A DNA stretch of 64,000 bases, taken from positions 461-64,460 of the forward strand of contig DATHSA010000046.1 in assembly GCA_035464675.1 (NCBI GenBank), written 5' to 3'. Positions 38,747 to 47,732 of the stretch are shown here, piece by piece. The DNA is from Acidimicrobiia bacterium. GTDB lineage: Bacteria; Actinomycetota; Acidimicrobiia; Spongiisociales; UBA11373. The notes beneath the pieces are model-generated. The model worked only from the letters and a program-made list of their open reading frames with translations, was not told the origin of the DNA and ran no database searches. Both the position numbers and the translations under genes were made by a program. Numbering within the stretch: the first letter of the stretch is position 1; each line of letters begins with the position of its first letter.

Positions 38747-39013
38747 CTCGTCCCGCCCGCGGCGCTGCTCGATGATCGAGCGCAGGTGGAATGCGGCTCG
38801 CAGCAGCATCAGGAGAAGGAGCAGCACGAGGACGAGAAGGCCGAGCAGTTCGGGGCCGTCGAAGTAGGAGGTCCGACATGAGGTGAGGCCCCCCTCGCAC
38901 AGACCCAGGCCGTCCCCCCCGCCGGCGAGATCCACGAGTACGAACATCGGCACCAGCGCGACGAGGATGATCACGCCGATGACCCCCCCGATGACGATGC
39001 GGATCGCGGTCAT
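38732..39013 (-). CDS. Small two-TM hypothetical protein with a CxxxxxxC loop
   Basis: Two hydrophobic helices flanking GLGLCEGGLTSCRTSYFDGPE; TACCGT 6 nt upstream of the ATG. Confidence 0.65.
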   Translation of the reverse strand: MTAIRIVIGGVIGVIILVALVPMFVLVDLAGGGDGLGLCEGGLTSCRTSYFDGPELLGLLVLVLLLLLMLLRAAFHLRSIIEQRRGRDESVGG

Positions 39014-39103
39014 GGCGCGACGGTATCAGGGAACCTCCACTCTCCTCGCGGAGTCTGGTGCTTCGCCCGACAGCAGCCGCCTGTCGCCAGGAGAGTGTGA
39101 TCG

Positions 39104-39133
39104 GACGGGTGACGTGAACGGGCGACCGGTGAC
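39104..39133 (+). repeat. Degenerate 7-bp repeat (GACGGGT/AACGGGC/GACCGGT) upstream of thyX
   Basis: Read directly; degenerate. Confidence 0.5.
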
Positions 39134-39205
39134 CTTCCTGCCCACTTGCCCACGCACCCGACACGGTGATACCGTCGCCACGCCGCCGAATTACACGGAT
39201 GTGAC

Positions 39206-40882
39206 ATGACCACCACCGTCGGGGACCGATCCGGGCTGCTCCCCGCCGTGCGCTATCACACCGAGTCGTTCACCCCCGAGGAGACGGCGATCCTCGAGCG
39301 GTTCTTCACGAACACGACCGAGCCGGTCTTCGGCCTGGTCAACCTCCCCGAGGTCGTGAAGGGAGCCCTGTTCGCCCGGTACAGCCGGAGCCCGAAGTCG
39401 GTTCGCCGACTCTTCCTCGACGAGTTCTACGACGCTCCCGAGGTTGGCATCGCCTCGATCGCCGACCACCTCGCCGGTGACGACGATCGGGTCGACATGC
39501 AGCGCGCCGAGGACCTCTACAACCGGGTGTTCACCCAATACGGCGACGACTCCGTTGCTCAGCTGGGTGGCGTCCACCTCGCATGCGAGCAGGCGTCGAA
39601 CATCCTCACCAAGGTCCTGGAGCGGGGCAGGCTCGCCGCCTACCTGGAGCAGAGCACCCGATACATGTTCTACGACCAGCGTCTCGGCGACCGGTACCGG
39701 TACGTGATACCACCCGAGGTGGCCGCATCCACTCTCGCCCGAGAGTACGAGGCGACGATGGAGCACCTCTTCGACCTCTATGCAGGCCTCACGGCACGCC
39801 TGACGGCGTACTACGAGTCGCTTCACCCCCAGTCGGCCGATGACTCCAACTTCGTCTATCGATCCACGATCCGGGCCCGGGTGTGCGACGACCTCCGCGG
39901 CCTTCTCCCGGCGGCAACGCTCTCGAATGTCGGCATCTACGCGACGGGCCAGGCGTACGAGATGCTCCTACTCCGGATGCGCGCCAGCGCACTGGCCGAG
40001 GTCCGCGACGTCGCCGACCGAATGCTCGTCGAGTTGCGCAAGCTGATCCCTGCATTTCTCGTGAGGGTGGACATGGCCGAACGAGGCGAGGCGTGGAGCA
40101 GATATCTCGCCGATACCGCGGCGGCGATGCGCAGCGAGGCCGCCGGGCACGACGAGCCCGTGCCTGCCCGGCCCGAAGTCACGCTCGTCGAGTGGGATCC
40201 CGACGCCGATGCCAAGGTCGCTGCAGCGGCCCTGTACGCCTACACGGACCTCCCCGACGACCACCTGCTCGAGAAGGCGCGCAGCATGACCCCCGAAGAG
40301 CGAGCGCGGATCCTTTCCACCTACGTCGGGGAGCGCGGCAACCGGCGCCACAAGCCAGGCCGGGCGATGGAGCGGGCCTCCTACCGGTTCGACATCCTCT
40401 GCGACTACGGAATCTTCCGGGATCTCCAGCGCCACCGCATGATGACGCTCGAGTGGCAGCGACTCGGCACCAAGCACGGCTATGTGCTTCCGGAGTCGGT
40501 CGCCGACATCGGCGCCGAGGAACAGTGGCGCGACGCCATGGACCGTGCCGCTGCTGTACACGGCGACATCGATCGGGTCCTGGGGCCGGATGCCGCCCAG
40601 TACGCGGTGCCCTTCGGCTACCGGATCCGCTTCTACATGGACATGAATGCCCGCGAGGCATTCCACATGCTCGAATTGCGCACCGCTCAGGGGGGCCACC
40701 CCGACTACCGACGGGTCTGCCAGGAGATGCATCGCCTCATCCGTGATGTGGCCGGGCACGCCGGGATCGCCGCAGCCATGCGCTTCGTCGATCACGACGA
40801 CTACGGCCTGGGAAGACTGGCGACCGAGCGCCGTGCTGCCGCAAAACGCGCCGCCGCGGGCGTCGCCGACCCGGAGGATTGA
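39206..40882 (+). CDS. thyX: FAD-dependent thymidylate synthase, tandem-domain type
   Basis: YGDDSV, EQSTRY and RDLQRHR motifs; 558 aa with two ThyX-like halves. Confidence 0.9.
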   Translation: MTTTVGDRSGLLPAVRYHTESFTPEETAILERFFTNTTEPVFGLVNLPEVVKGALFARYSRSPKSVRRLFLDEFYDAPEVGIASIADHLAGDDDRVDMQRAEDLYNRVFTQYGDDSVAQLGGVHLACEQASNILTKVLERGRLAAYLEQSTRYMFYDQRLGDRYRYVIPPEVAASTLAREYEATMEHLFDLYAGLTARLTAYYESLHPQSADDSNFVYRSTIRARVCDDLRGLLPAATLSNVGIYATGQAYEMLLLRMRASALAEVRDVADRMLVELRKLIPAFLVRVDMAERGEAWSRYLADTAAAMRSEAAGHDEPVPARPEVTLVEWDPDADAKVAAAALYAYTDLPDDHLLEKARSMTPEERARILSTYVGERGNRRHKPGRAMERASYRFDILCDYGIFRDLQRHRMMTLEWQRLGTKHGYVLPESVADIGAEEQWRDAMDRAAAVHGDIDRVLGPDAAQYAVPFGYRIRFYMDMNAREAFHMLELRTAQGGHPDYRRVCQEMHRLIRDVAGHAGIAAAMRFVDHDDYGLGRLATERRAAAKRAAAGVADPED

Positions 40883-40939
40883 CCGCTGGGTGCCACCGAC
40901 GTCCCACCTAGTCTGAAGGCATCCGATCCGGAGATCAGC

Positions 40940-41155
40940 ATGGCCTCATTCGATGTCGATGCCTTCCAGGAGCGGTTCCGCAACCGGGCCGCCGCCGTCA
41001 AGGAACGTGGCATCCCGCCGCTCGAAGGCGAGGCACGACGAAAGTTCCTCGCCGGCGCCCAGCAGGACTTCGTGGACTACTCCCTCGTCGCGGACGCCGA
41101 GATCTCGGTCGAGGACGGGTCCCTGGTCCTGAGATTCCCCCTCGAGGGAGAATGA
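40940..41155 (+). CDS. Small hypothetical protein (71 aa)
   Basis: GGAG RBS, TAGTCT -10 candidate and protein-like composition; directly upstream of the ATPase pair. Confidence 0.7.
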   Translation: MASFDVDAFQERFRNRAAAVKERGIPPLEGEARRKFLAGAQQDFVDYSLVADAEISVEDGSLVLRFPLEGE

Positions 41156-41180
41156 TCGGGCGCACCGGACAGACCGCCTC

Positions 41181-42032
41181 GTGATGCTCGAGCGCCGCCT
41201 TCTCATCGTCACCGGGAAGGGTGGTGTCGGCAAGAGCGCCATCGCCGTCGCAGCGGCCCTCCATGCGGCAAAGCATGGTCAACGGGTGCTCGTCGTGGGT
41301 ATGGCCGACGGGGTCGGCCTCGCGGCCCATCTCCGGGTCGGTCGTCTCGGCTCCGAGCCGACCCGTATTCGTCCCGGCCTCCATGCGCTGGCCATCGACC
41401 CTGCTGCCGCACTCGACGAGTATCTCCGCCTGCGAATCAAGGTCCCTCGCCTCGGGATGATGACCCGGGCGTTCGGTGTCCTCGCCGACACGGTCCCCGG
41501 GATCCGCGACACCGTCGTCATCGGCAAGGTGCTCTACGAGGCAACCCGACTGGAGTGGGACATCGTCGTTGCCGACGCCCCGGCGACAGGGCAGATCCTC
41601 TCCTACTTGAGGGCTCCGGCGACGATCGAGACCCTGGTGCCGGGAGGGCGGGTCAGGGAACAGGCGGCGTGGATGCGGGAGGTCCTTGGCGATCCGACCT
41701 CCACCGGGATCCTGATCGCGGCCACCCCCGAGGAGTTGCCGGTCGCCGAGACCCGGGAGACACTCGATGCGATCGCCTCCGAGGGCCTCGCAGATGTGGC
41801 CGGGGTCGTCGCCAACCGCGTCGTCCCCCCGCTTGCCATATCCGCCGATCGCATCACCAGGGAACCCCCGGGACCCAGGCGCGATGCCGCCATGCTCCAC
41901 CGGGACGTGAGGAGCGCACAGGAGACCCATCTCGCCGCTCTCCAGCCTGCTGTGACGTTTCCGCTCCTGTTCGGGCTGCGCACTCCGGGCGAGGTCGCCA
42001 GCCGGCTCTCCGAGATGTGGGACGGCGAATGA
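41181..42032 (+). CDS. ArsA/Get3-like ATPase, subunit 1
   Basis: TGKGGVGKS Walker A, VVADAPATG switch II, PEELPVAET. Confidence 0.88.
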   Translation: MMLERRLLIVTGKGGVGKSAIAVAAALHAAKHGQRVLVVGMADGVGLAAHLRVGRLGSEPTRIRPGLHALAIDPAAALDEYLRLRIKVPRLGMMTRAFGVLADTVPGIRDTVVIGKVLYEATRLEWDIVVADAPATGQILSYLRAPATIETLVPGGRVREQAAWMREVLGDPTSTGILIAATPEELPVAETRETLDAIASEGLADVAGVVANRVVPPLAISADRITREPPGPRRDAAMLHRDVRSAQETHLAALQPAVTFPLLFGLRTPGEVASRLSEMWDGE

Positions 42033-43039
42033 GCACTGCGGTCGTCCTGGTGGTCGGTGCCGGAGGGGTCGGCAAGACGACCATCTCCGCTGCAATCGGC
42101 GCGGATGCCGCCCGCGCCGGGGCCCGGACCCTGGTCCTGACCGTCGACCCTGCCCGTCGTCTCGCCGATGCACTCGGCATCGATGTCGGCAACCACCCCG
42201 TCGAGGTGCCTGGCATGGCCGGACTCTCGGCGGCGATGCTCGACGCAGCGGCGTCGTGGGAGGCCATCGTCCGAACTCACGCGGCGCCCGATGTCGCCGT
42301 CCGTCTCGTGGCGAACCCCCTCTTCCGCGCCGTGGCCGACCGGTTCCCCTCCGGTCAGGCCTACGCCGCGGCCGAAGAGATGGCAACCCACGCCGACTCC
42401 GGCGAGTGGGACGTCCTGGTCGTCGACACGCCACCGGCCGCGGGCGGCGTCGACTTCCTGTCGGCGCCGCGGCGAATGAGGGCCCTCGTCGCCGGCCGGG
42501 CTCTGCGTTGGCTGACAGGCCCCAGGATCCCGGGTCGGCGCGCCCTGTACGCGGTGACGGCACGCCCTGCGCTTCGCATCGCCGACGCGGTGCTCGGCGG
42601 ACCCCTCCTGGAGGACGTGGCCGAATTCCTGCTCGACCTGCGCGAGACCTACGACGGGATCTCGCGGAGGTCGAAGCAGGTGGAACGGGTATTGCGGGAG
42701 GCAGCCGGCGTGGTGGTCACCACCGCCGATCCCGCGCCGCTTCTCGAGGCCGTCCGCTTGTTCGACGAGGTGCCCGAATGGGCCAGCCCACCCCGCGTGG
42801 TCGTGTTCAACAGGTCACTCCCGGCGGAGTGGGCGCACGCGGTCGGCGACCCGGGTGATCCGCTCGACGCGAACCTGGCGCGGTGGGGCCTGGAGGCCGA
42901 GCGGCAGGCCGATGTCCGTGCCGAGCTGGCCGCCCGGCACGGCGTCGACCCCGTGGTGATTCCCTGGATGGCCGAGATGCCCACGGACCCCGAGGCGCTG
43001 GCGGACCTCGCCGAGCGGATCGTCGTGTTCGAGGAATAG
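42029..43039 (+). CDS. ArsA/Get3-like ATPase, subunit 2
   Basis: ATGA overlap with subunit 1; GAGGVGKT, TVDPARRLADALG and VVDTPP motifs. Confidence 0.88.
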   Translation: MSTAVVLVVGAGGVGKTTISAAIGADAARAGARTLVLTVDPARRLADALGIDVGNHPVEVPGMAGLSAAMLDAAASWEAIVRTHAAPDVAVRLVANPLFRAVADRFPSGQAYAAAEEMATHADSGEWDVLVVDTPPAAGGVDFLSAPRRMRALVAGRALRWLTGPRIPGRRALYAVTARPALRIADAVLGGPLLEDVAEFLLDLRETYDGISRRSKQVERVLREAAGVVVTTADPAPLLEAVRLFDEVPEWASPPRVVVFNRSLPAEWAHAVGDPGDPLDANLARWGLEAERQADVRAELAARHGVDPVVIPWMAEMPTDPEALADLAERIVVFEE

Positions 43040-43119
43040 ACGAGACGAAACGAGAGGGGCCGGAGCGAGGGCGAGCCGGTCGGCGTCGCCTGCCGCCATC
43101 TGCGGTCTGCCGTCGACCT

Positions 43120-46100
43120 CTAATTCAGCACCGAATCGGGGCCCAACAGCGCCCGCAACTCCGCGTACAGCGCCGTCCTCGCCTCGACGGTGTGATCGGG
43201 GCCGAGGCGAACGACCTTCTCGTCCGGCATCCCCTGGAGATGCAGGTACACCGGTGTCGGGCCGGGGTGGTTCGAGAGCACCTCCTTGAGCTGATTCACG
43301 AGTCCGACCGACATGCGCTGGGAGACGACCCGCAGGCGGACCACCTGCTCGCTCTCGATGTCCGGTTCGTGGATGCGGTGCGCGATGAACTTCAGGCTGT
43401 CGCCCCGCTGGTCGACCCGCCCGGCGCAGACGAGCATGGCGTCCTCTCGCACGAGCGGCCCGGTCTCGGCGACGGTCCTCGGGAACGCCACCACCTCGAC
43501 ACTGCCCTCGAGGTCCTCGAGGGTGAAGTAGAGCATCAGCTCCCCCGCCCTCGTGTAGCGTCGGGTGACCGAGGCGACGATCCCTGCGATGCTCGCCGAG
43601 GTCCCGTCCCCGTGCTCGTCCAGACCGGGTATCGAGGTCGTGGCCAGGGCCCTGAGCGTCGACTCCAGTCCGAACAGAGGATGGTCCGACACGTACAGAC
43701 CGAGCATCTCCTTCTCGAATTGAAGCTTGATCTTCTTGTCCCACTCCATGTCGGGGATCTCCACCGCCCCCGGATGGGTCGACGGCTCGTCGGACCCGAA
43801 CAGTGAGAACTGCCCCATGTCCTCGGCCCGGCGTCGCGCCACCACGCCGTCGATCATCTGCTCATACACCGCCATGAGGCCCTTCCGGGGCGCTCCGGTT
43901 GCATCGAAGGCCCCCGCCTTGATCAAGGACTCCACGGTTCGCTTGTTGAGCACCGCCAGGTCGACTCGCTCGATGAAATCCTGGAACGACTCGAAGCGCC
44001 CGTTCTTCTTGCGCTCTTCGGTGATCAGCTCCACGACGCCTTCGCCGACATTGCGGATGGCCGACAACCCGAACGGGACGGCGCCTTCGCGGGCCACGAA
44101 ATCCGATTCGGAGGAGTTGACGTCTGGGACTATGACGCGCACACCCATCGCCCGGCACTCGTTCAGGTAGATGGCCGTGCGGTCCTTGTCCCGCTTGGAT
44201 GAGGTCAGCAGGGCTGCCATGTATTCGGCCGGGTAGTGAGCCTTGAGCCATGCCGTCTGATAGGCGACGAGGCCGTAGCCGACGGCATGCGGCTTGTTGA
44301 AGCCGTACCCGGCGAAGTGGGCGATGAGGTCGAAGAGCTCCTTGCCGAGCTCGCGGGGATGCCCCTGAGCCACGCACCCCTCGATGAACTTCTGCTCCTC
44401 CCCCGCCATCACCGAGGCGATCTTCTTGCCTATCGCCTTGCGCAGGCTGTCCGCCTCCTCCATCGAGTATCCGGCCATGACGGCCGCCACCCGCATCACC
44501 TGCTCCTGGTAGACGATGATCCCGTAGGTCTCGCTGAGCACCTCCTCGAGCGCCGGGTGGAGATGCCCGATCGGGACCCTCCCGTTCTTACGATCCGCAT
44601 ACAGGTTGTGCGTCCCGGCCCCCATCGGCCCCGGGCGATACAGGGACAGCAGGGCGACGATGTCCTCGAACCGGTCGGGCTGGAGGTTGCGCATCAGGGC
44701 CCGCATCCCGGCGCCCTCCAGTTGGAAGACGCCCATGGAGTCTCCCCGCGAGAGCATCTCGTAGACCGCCGGATCGTCGAGAGGGACGTCGTCGATGGCG
44801 GGGCGGACCCCATGATTCTCCTCGACGAGTTCCAGGCAACGCTCGATGGTCGACAGGTTGCGCAGGCCGAGGAAGTCCATCTTGAGGAGCCCGAGACGCT
44901 CGATGGCGTGCATCTCGAACTGGGTCACCACCTCGGCGTCTTCCCCCTTCTGCTGGATGGGGACGATCTCGGTGAGCGGCTCCGGAGAGATCACCACGGC
45001 GGCGGCGTGGATCGAGTCCTGGCGGCGCAGACCCTCCAGGCCGCGAGCCGTGTCGATCACCTTCCGAGCATCGGGATCGGAGGCATACATGTCGCGGAGG
45101 CCGGAGGCATTGGCGTGGAAGTCGCGCAGTGACGAATCGGCATCGTCGGGGAGGGGGTCGAGGCATTGGTCCAGCGTCGCCTCCCGGCCCAGGATGGGTG
45201 GTGGCATCGCCTTCGCGGTCCGGTCCCCCACGGCATAGGGATATCCGAGGACCCGGGCGGCATCGCGAAGCGCCTGGCGGCCCTTGATCGTCGAGAAGGT
45301 GATGATCTGGGCCACGTGGTCGCTGCCGTAGCGCTCTGCCGCATAGCGGATCATCTCGGAGCGGTAGCGCTCGTCGAAGTCCATGTCGATGTCCGGCATC
45401 TCCCGACGACCCGGGTTGAGGAACCGCTCGAAGATGAGCCCGTGGTGGATCGGATCGAGGTCGGTGATCCGGAGGCAATAGGAGACGATCGAACCACCTG
45501 CCGAGCCCCGACCGGGCCCGACCCTGATCCCCTGCTCGCGGGCGTGTCGGATCAGATCCCAGACGATGAGGAAGTAGGCCGGGAATCCCATCTCCTCGAT
45601 GACGCGCAACTCGTACTCGATTCGGTCCCGAATCTCGTCGTCGAGCCCATCCCCATAGCGCTCGCGGGCGCCTTCGGCCACGAGCGAGCGGAGGTACGAC
45701 TCCTCGGTCTCGCCCTCCGGCACCGGAAAGTGGGGCAGGAGGATGTTGCCGAACTCCATCTTCACGTCGGCGCGCTCGGCGATCAGCAGGGTGTTGTCGC
45801 ATGCGCCCGGGTAGTCGGACTCGGGGAACAGCGCCCGCATCTCGGCAGCCGACTTGATGTAGTAGCCCTCCCCCTGGAAGGCGAAGCGGTCGTCGTCGCT
45901 CATCTGGGCCCCGGTCTGGATGCAGAGCAGTGCGTCGTGGGCCTCCGCCTCGCCCGCCCTGGTGTAGTGGCAGTCGTTGGTGGCCAGGAGCGGAGCGCCG
46001 ATCTCAGAGGCGATCGACACGAGATCCGGGAGCACCTTGCGCTGGGCGGCGACACCGTGGTCCATCACCTCTACGAAGAAATTGTCCCGCCCGAAGATGT

Positions 46101-46632
46101 CCTGGTACATCGCGGCGGCTTCCACGGCCGCCTCATAGTCGCGCTCGACCCCGACGTTTCCCTCCTCACCCGACGCATCGGGGGCAAGCAGCTGTGGGAC
46201 GTGGCCGCCGAGGCATCCGGATGTCGCAACCAGGCCGGCGGCGTGCTCGGCGAGCAGCTCGGCGTCCATCCGCGGCTTGTAGTAGAAGCCCTCGAGATAG
46301 GCGCGGCTCGCCAGCTTCACCAGATTCCGATATCCCCGCTGGTCGATCGCCAGAAGAGTCATGTGGTATCGGATGTCGTCGCGGCGGGGTGGCCGGTCGA
46401 ACCGCGATCCTGGCGTGAGGTATGCCTCCATTCCGATGACGGGATTGACGCCTGCATCGCGGGCCTGCTGATAGAACTCGACCGCTCCGTAGAGGACGCC
46501 GTGGTCGGTGAGCCCCACTCCGGGTTGTCCGTCCGCCGCCGCCGCCGCGATCACATCCTGGACCCGGGCCGCCCCGTCGAGCATCGAGTATTCGGTGTGC
46601 AGATGGAGATGAGCAAAGCTGCGGTCCGACAC
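43120..46632 (-). CDS. dnaE: DNA polymerase III alpha subunit (DnaE1 type)
   Basis: PHP HLHLHTEYSMLDG, GRGSAGGS, MPDIDMDF, GYGFNKPHA and OB fold; no intein-length insertion. Confidence 0.98.
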   Translation of the reverse strand: MSDRSFAHLHLHTEYSMLDGAARVQDVIAAAAADGQPGVGLTDHGVLYGAVEFYQQARDAGVNPVIGMEAYLTPGSRFDRPPRRDDIRYHMTLLAIDQRGYRNLVKLASRAYLEGFYYKPRMDAELLAEHAAGLVATSGCLGGHVPQLLAPDASGEEGNVGVERDYEAAVEAAAMYQDIFGRDNFFVEVMDHGVAAQRKVLPDLVSIASEIGAPLLATNDCHYTRAGEAEAHDALLCIQTGAQMSDDDRFAFQGEGYYIKSAAEMRALFPESDYPGACDNTLLIAERADVKMEFGNILLPHFPVPEGETEESYLRSLVAEGARERYGDGLDDEIRDRIEYELRVIEEMGFPAYFLIVWDLIRHAREQGIRVGPGRGSAGGSIVSYCLRITDLDPIHHGLIFERFLNPGRREMPDIDMDFDERYRSEMIRYAAERYGSDHVAQIITFSTIKGRQALRDAARVLGYPYAVGDRTAKAMPPPILGREATLDQCLDPLPDDADSSLRDFHANASGLRDMYASDPDARKVIDTARGLEGLRRQDSIHAAAVVISPEPLTEIVPIQQKGEDAEVVTQFEMHAIERLGLLKMDFLGLRNLSTIERCLELVEENHGVRPAIDDVPLDDPAVYEMLSRGDSMGVFQLEGAGMRALMRNLQPDRFEDIVALLSLYRPGPMGAGTHNLYADRKNGRVPIGHLHPALEEVLSETYGIIVYQEQVMRVAAVMAGYSMEEADSLRKAIGKKIASVMAGEEQKFIEGCVAQGHPRELGKELFDLIAHFAGYGFNKPHAVGYGLVAYQTAWLKAHYPAEYMAALLTSSKRDKDRTAIYLNECRAMGVRVIVPDVNSSESDFVAREGAVPFGLSAIRNVGEGVVELITEERKKNGRFESFQDFIERVDLAVLNKRTVESLIKAGAFDATGAPRKGLMAVYEQMIDGVVARRRAEDMGQFSLFGSDEPSTHPGAVEIPDMEWDKKIKLQFEKEMLGLYVSDHPLFGLESTLRALATTSIPGLDEHGDGTSASIAGIVASVTRRYTRAGELMLYFTLEDLEGSVEVVAFPRTVAETGPLVREDAMLVCAGRVDQRGDSLKFIAHRIHEPDIESEQVVRLRVVSQRMSVGLVNQLKEVLSNHPGPTPVYLHLQGMPDEKVVRLGPDHTVEARTALYAELRALLGPDSVLN

Positions 46633-46677
46633 CGAGTCTCCGTTTTCGCGAGGAATTACAGCCGTGTAGTCACGTTA

Positions 46678-46716
46678 GCCCGGTCGCCAGTCGCCCGTCA
46701 CCCGGGCACCCGTCAC
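46678..46716 (+). repeat. 7-bp tandem repeat (GCCCGGT CGCCAGT CGCCCGT CACCCGG ...) upstream of dnaE
   Basis: Read directly. Confidence 0.7.
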
Positions 46717-46829
46717 AGCCCCGCGGGGCATCTGGTCTCTCGCTCTCAGGCCGTAGGTGGCGTCGGAAGTCGAGCGACCGGGCATCCTTACAATGTCGCA
46801 CCACGCAACAACGGAGCCTTCTCCCCACC

Positions 46830-47732
46830 ATGACTCTCGGATACGACGGCAGCCTGTTCCTCCTCGCGTTCGATCACCGCGGAAGCTTCAAGTCGAAGAT
46901 GTTCGGCCTCACCGATCCCTCATCCGATGACAGGCAGCGCCTCGAGGCGGCGAAGCGCGTGGTCTGGGCCGGCTTCGAGTCCGCCCGTGCCGATGGTCTC
47001 CCGGAGGGTGCCGGGATCCTCGTCGACGAGGAGATGGGGGCAGAGGTCGCCCGGGCTGCGCGAGCGGCGGGAATCCCTTTCGCCATGCCCGTCGAGAAGT
47101 CGGGCCAGGACGTGTTCGACTTCGAATACGGCGACGAATTCGGGGCCCACATCGAAGAGTTCGACCCCACGTTCAGCAAGGTGCTGGTGCGGTGGAATCC
47201 CGATGACGACCCGGACACAAAGGCCCTCCAGGGTGAGCGGCTCGCCCGGCTCGGCTCGTGGCTCCACGAGCGGGACCGTCTGTTCCTGTTCGAGTTGCTC
47301 GTGCCGGCCAGCGATCGACAGAAGGAAATGGTGGGCGGCGACATCGATGCCTACGACCGCCACATCCGTCCCGTGCTGATGCTCGAAGTGATCGACGAGT
47401 TGCGGCAAGCGGGGGTCGAGCCGGACATCTGGAAGATCGAGGGGATCGACTCAGCCGACCACTGCCGTCTCATTTCGGGTCTGGTTCGGGCCGGAGACAG
47501 GAGCCGGGTGACATGCGTGGTATTGGGTCGCGGCGCCGATGACACCCGGGTCGACCACTGGCTGGCGACCGCAGCACCCGTGGCGGGGTACAGCGGCTTC
47601 GCCATCGGGCGGTCGATCTGGTGGGACGCAGTGGCCGCCTGGAAGGACGGCGAGGCCTCGGAGGCCGACGCGGCCAAGCAGATCTCGGGCAACTACCTGC
47701 GCTTCATCGACGTCTATCAGAACGCCGGCTGA
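46830..47732 (+). CDS. Class I aldolase-like protein (DUF2090 / IolC C-terminal / LacD-like)
   Basis: LAFDHRGS, MPVEKSG, KVLVRW, DIWKIEG (candidate Schiff-base Lys), VLGRGA and GFAIGRSIW motifs. Confidence 0.8.
   Translation: MTLGYDGSLFLLAFDHRGSFKSKMFGLTDPSSDDRQRLEAAKRVVWAGFESARADGLPEGAGILVDEEMGAEVARAARAAGIPFAMPVEKSGQDVFDFEYGDEFGAHIEEFDPTFSKVLVRWNPDDDPDTKALQGERLARLGSWLHERDRLFLFELLVPASDRQKEMVGGDIDAYDRHIRPVLMLEVIDELRQAGVEPDIWKIEGIDSADHCRLISGLVRAGDRSRVTCVVLGRGADDTRVDHWLATAAPVAGYSGFAIGRSIWWDAVAAWKDGEASEADAAKQISGNYLRFIDVYQNAG

Noticed and set aside
39013-39206. NrdR box or ZTP riboswitch upstream of thyX
   Set aside because: Neither consensus is matched
43120-46632. Intein or split in dnaE
   Set aside because: Normal length (1170 aa), continuous domains and no splice-junction motifs noticed
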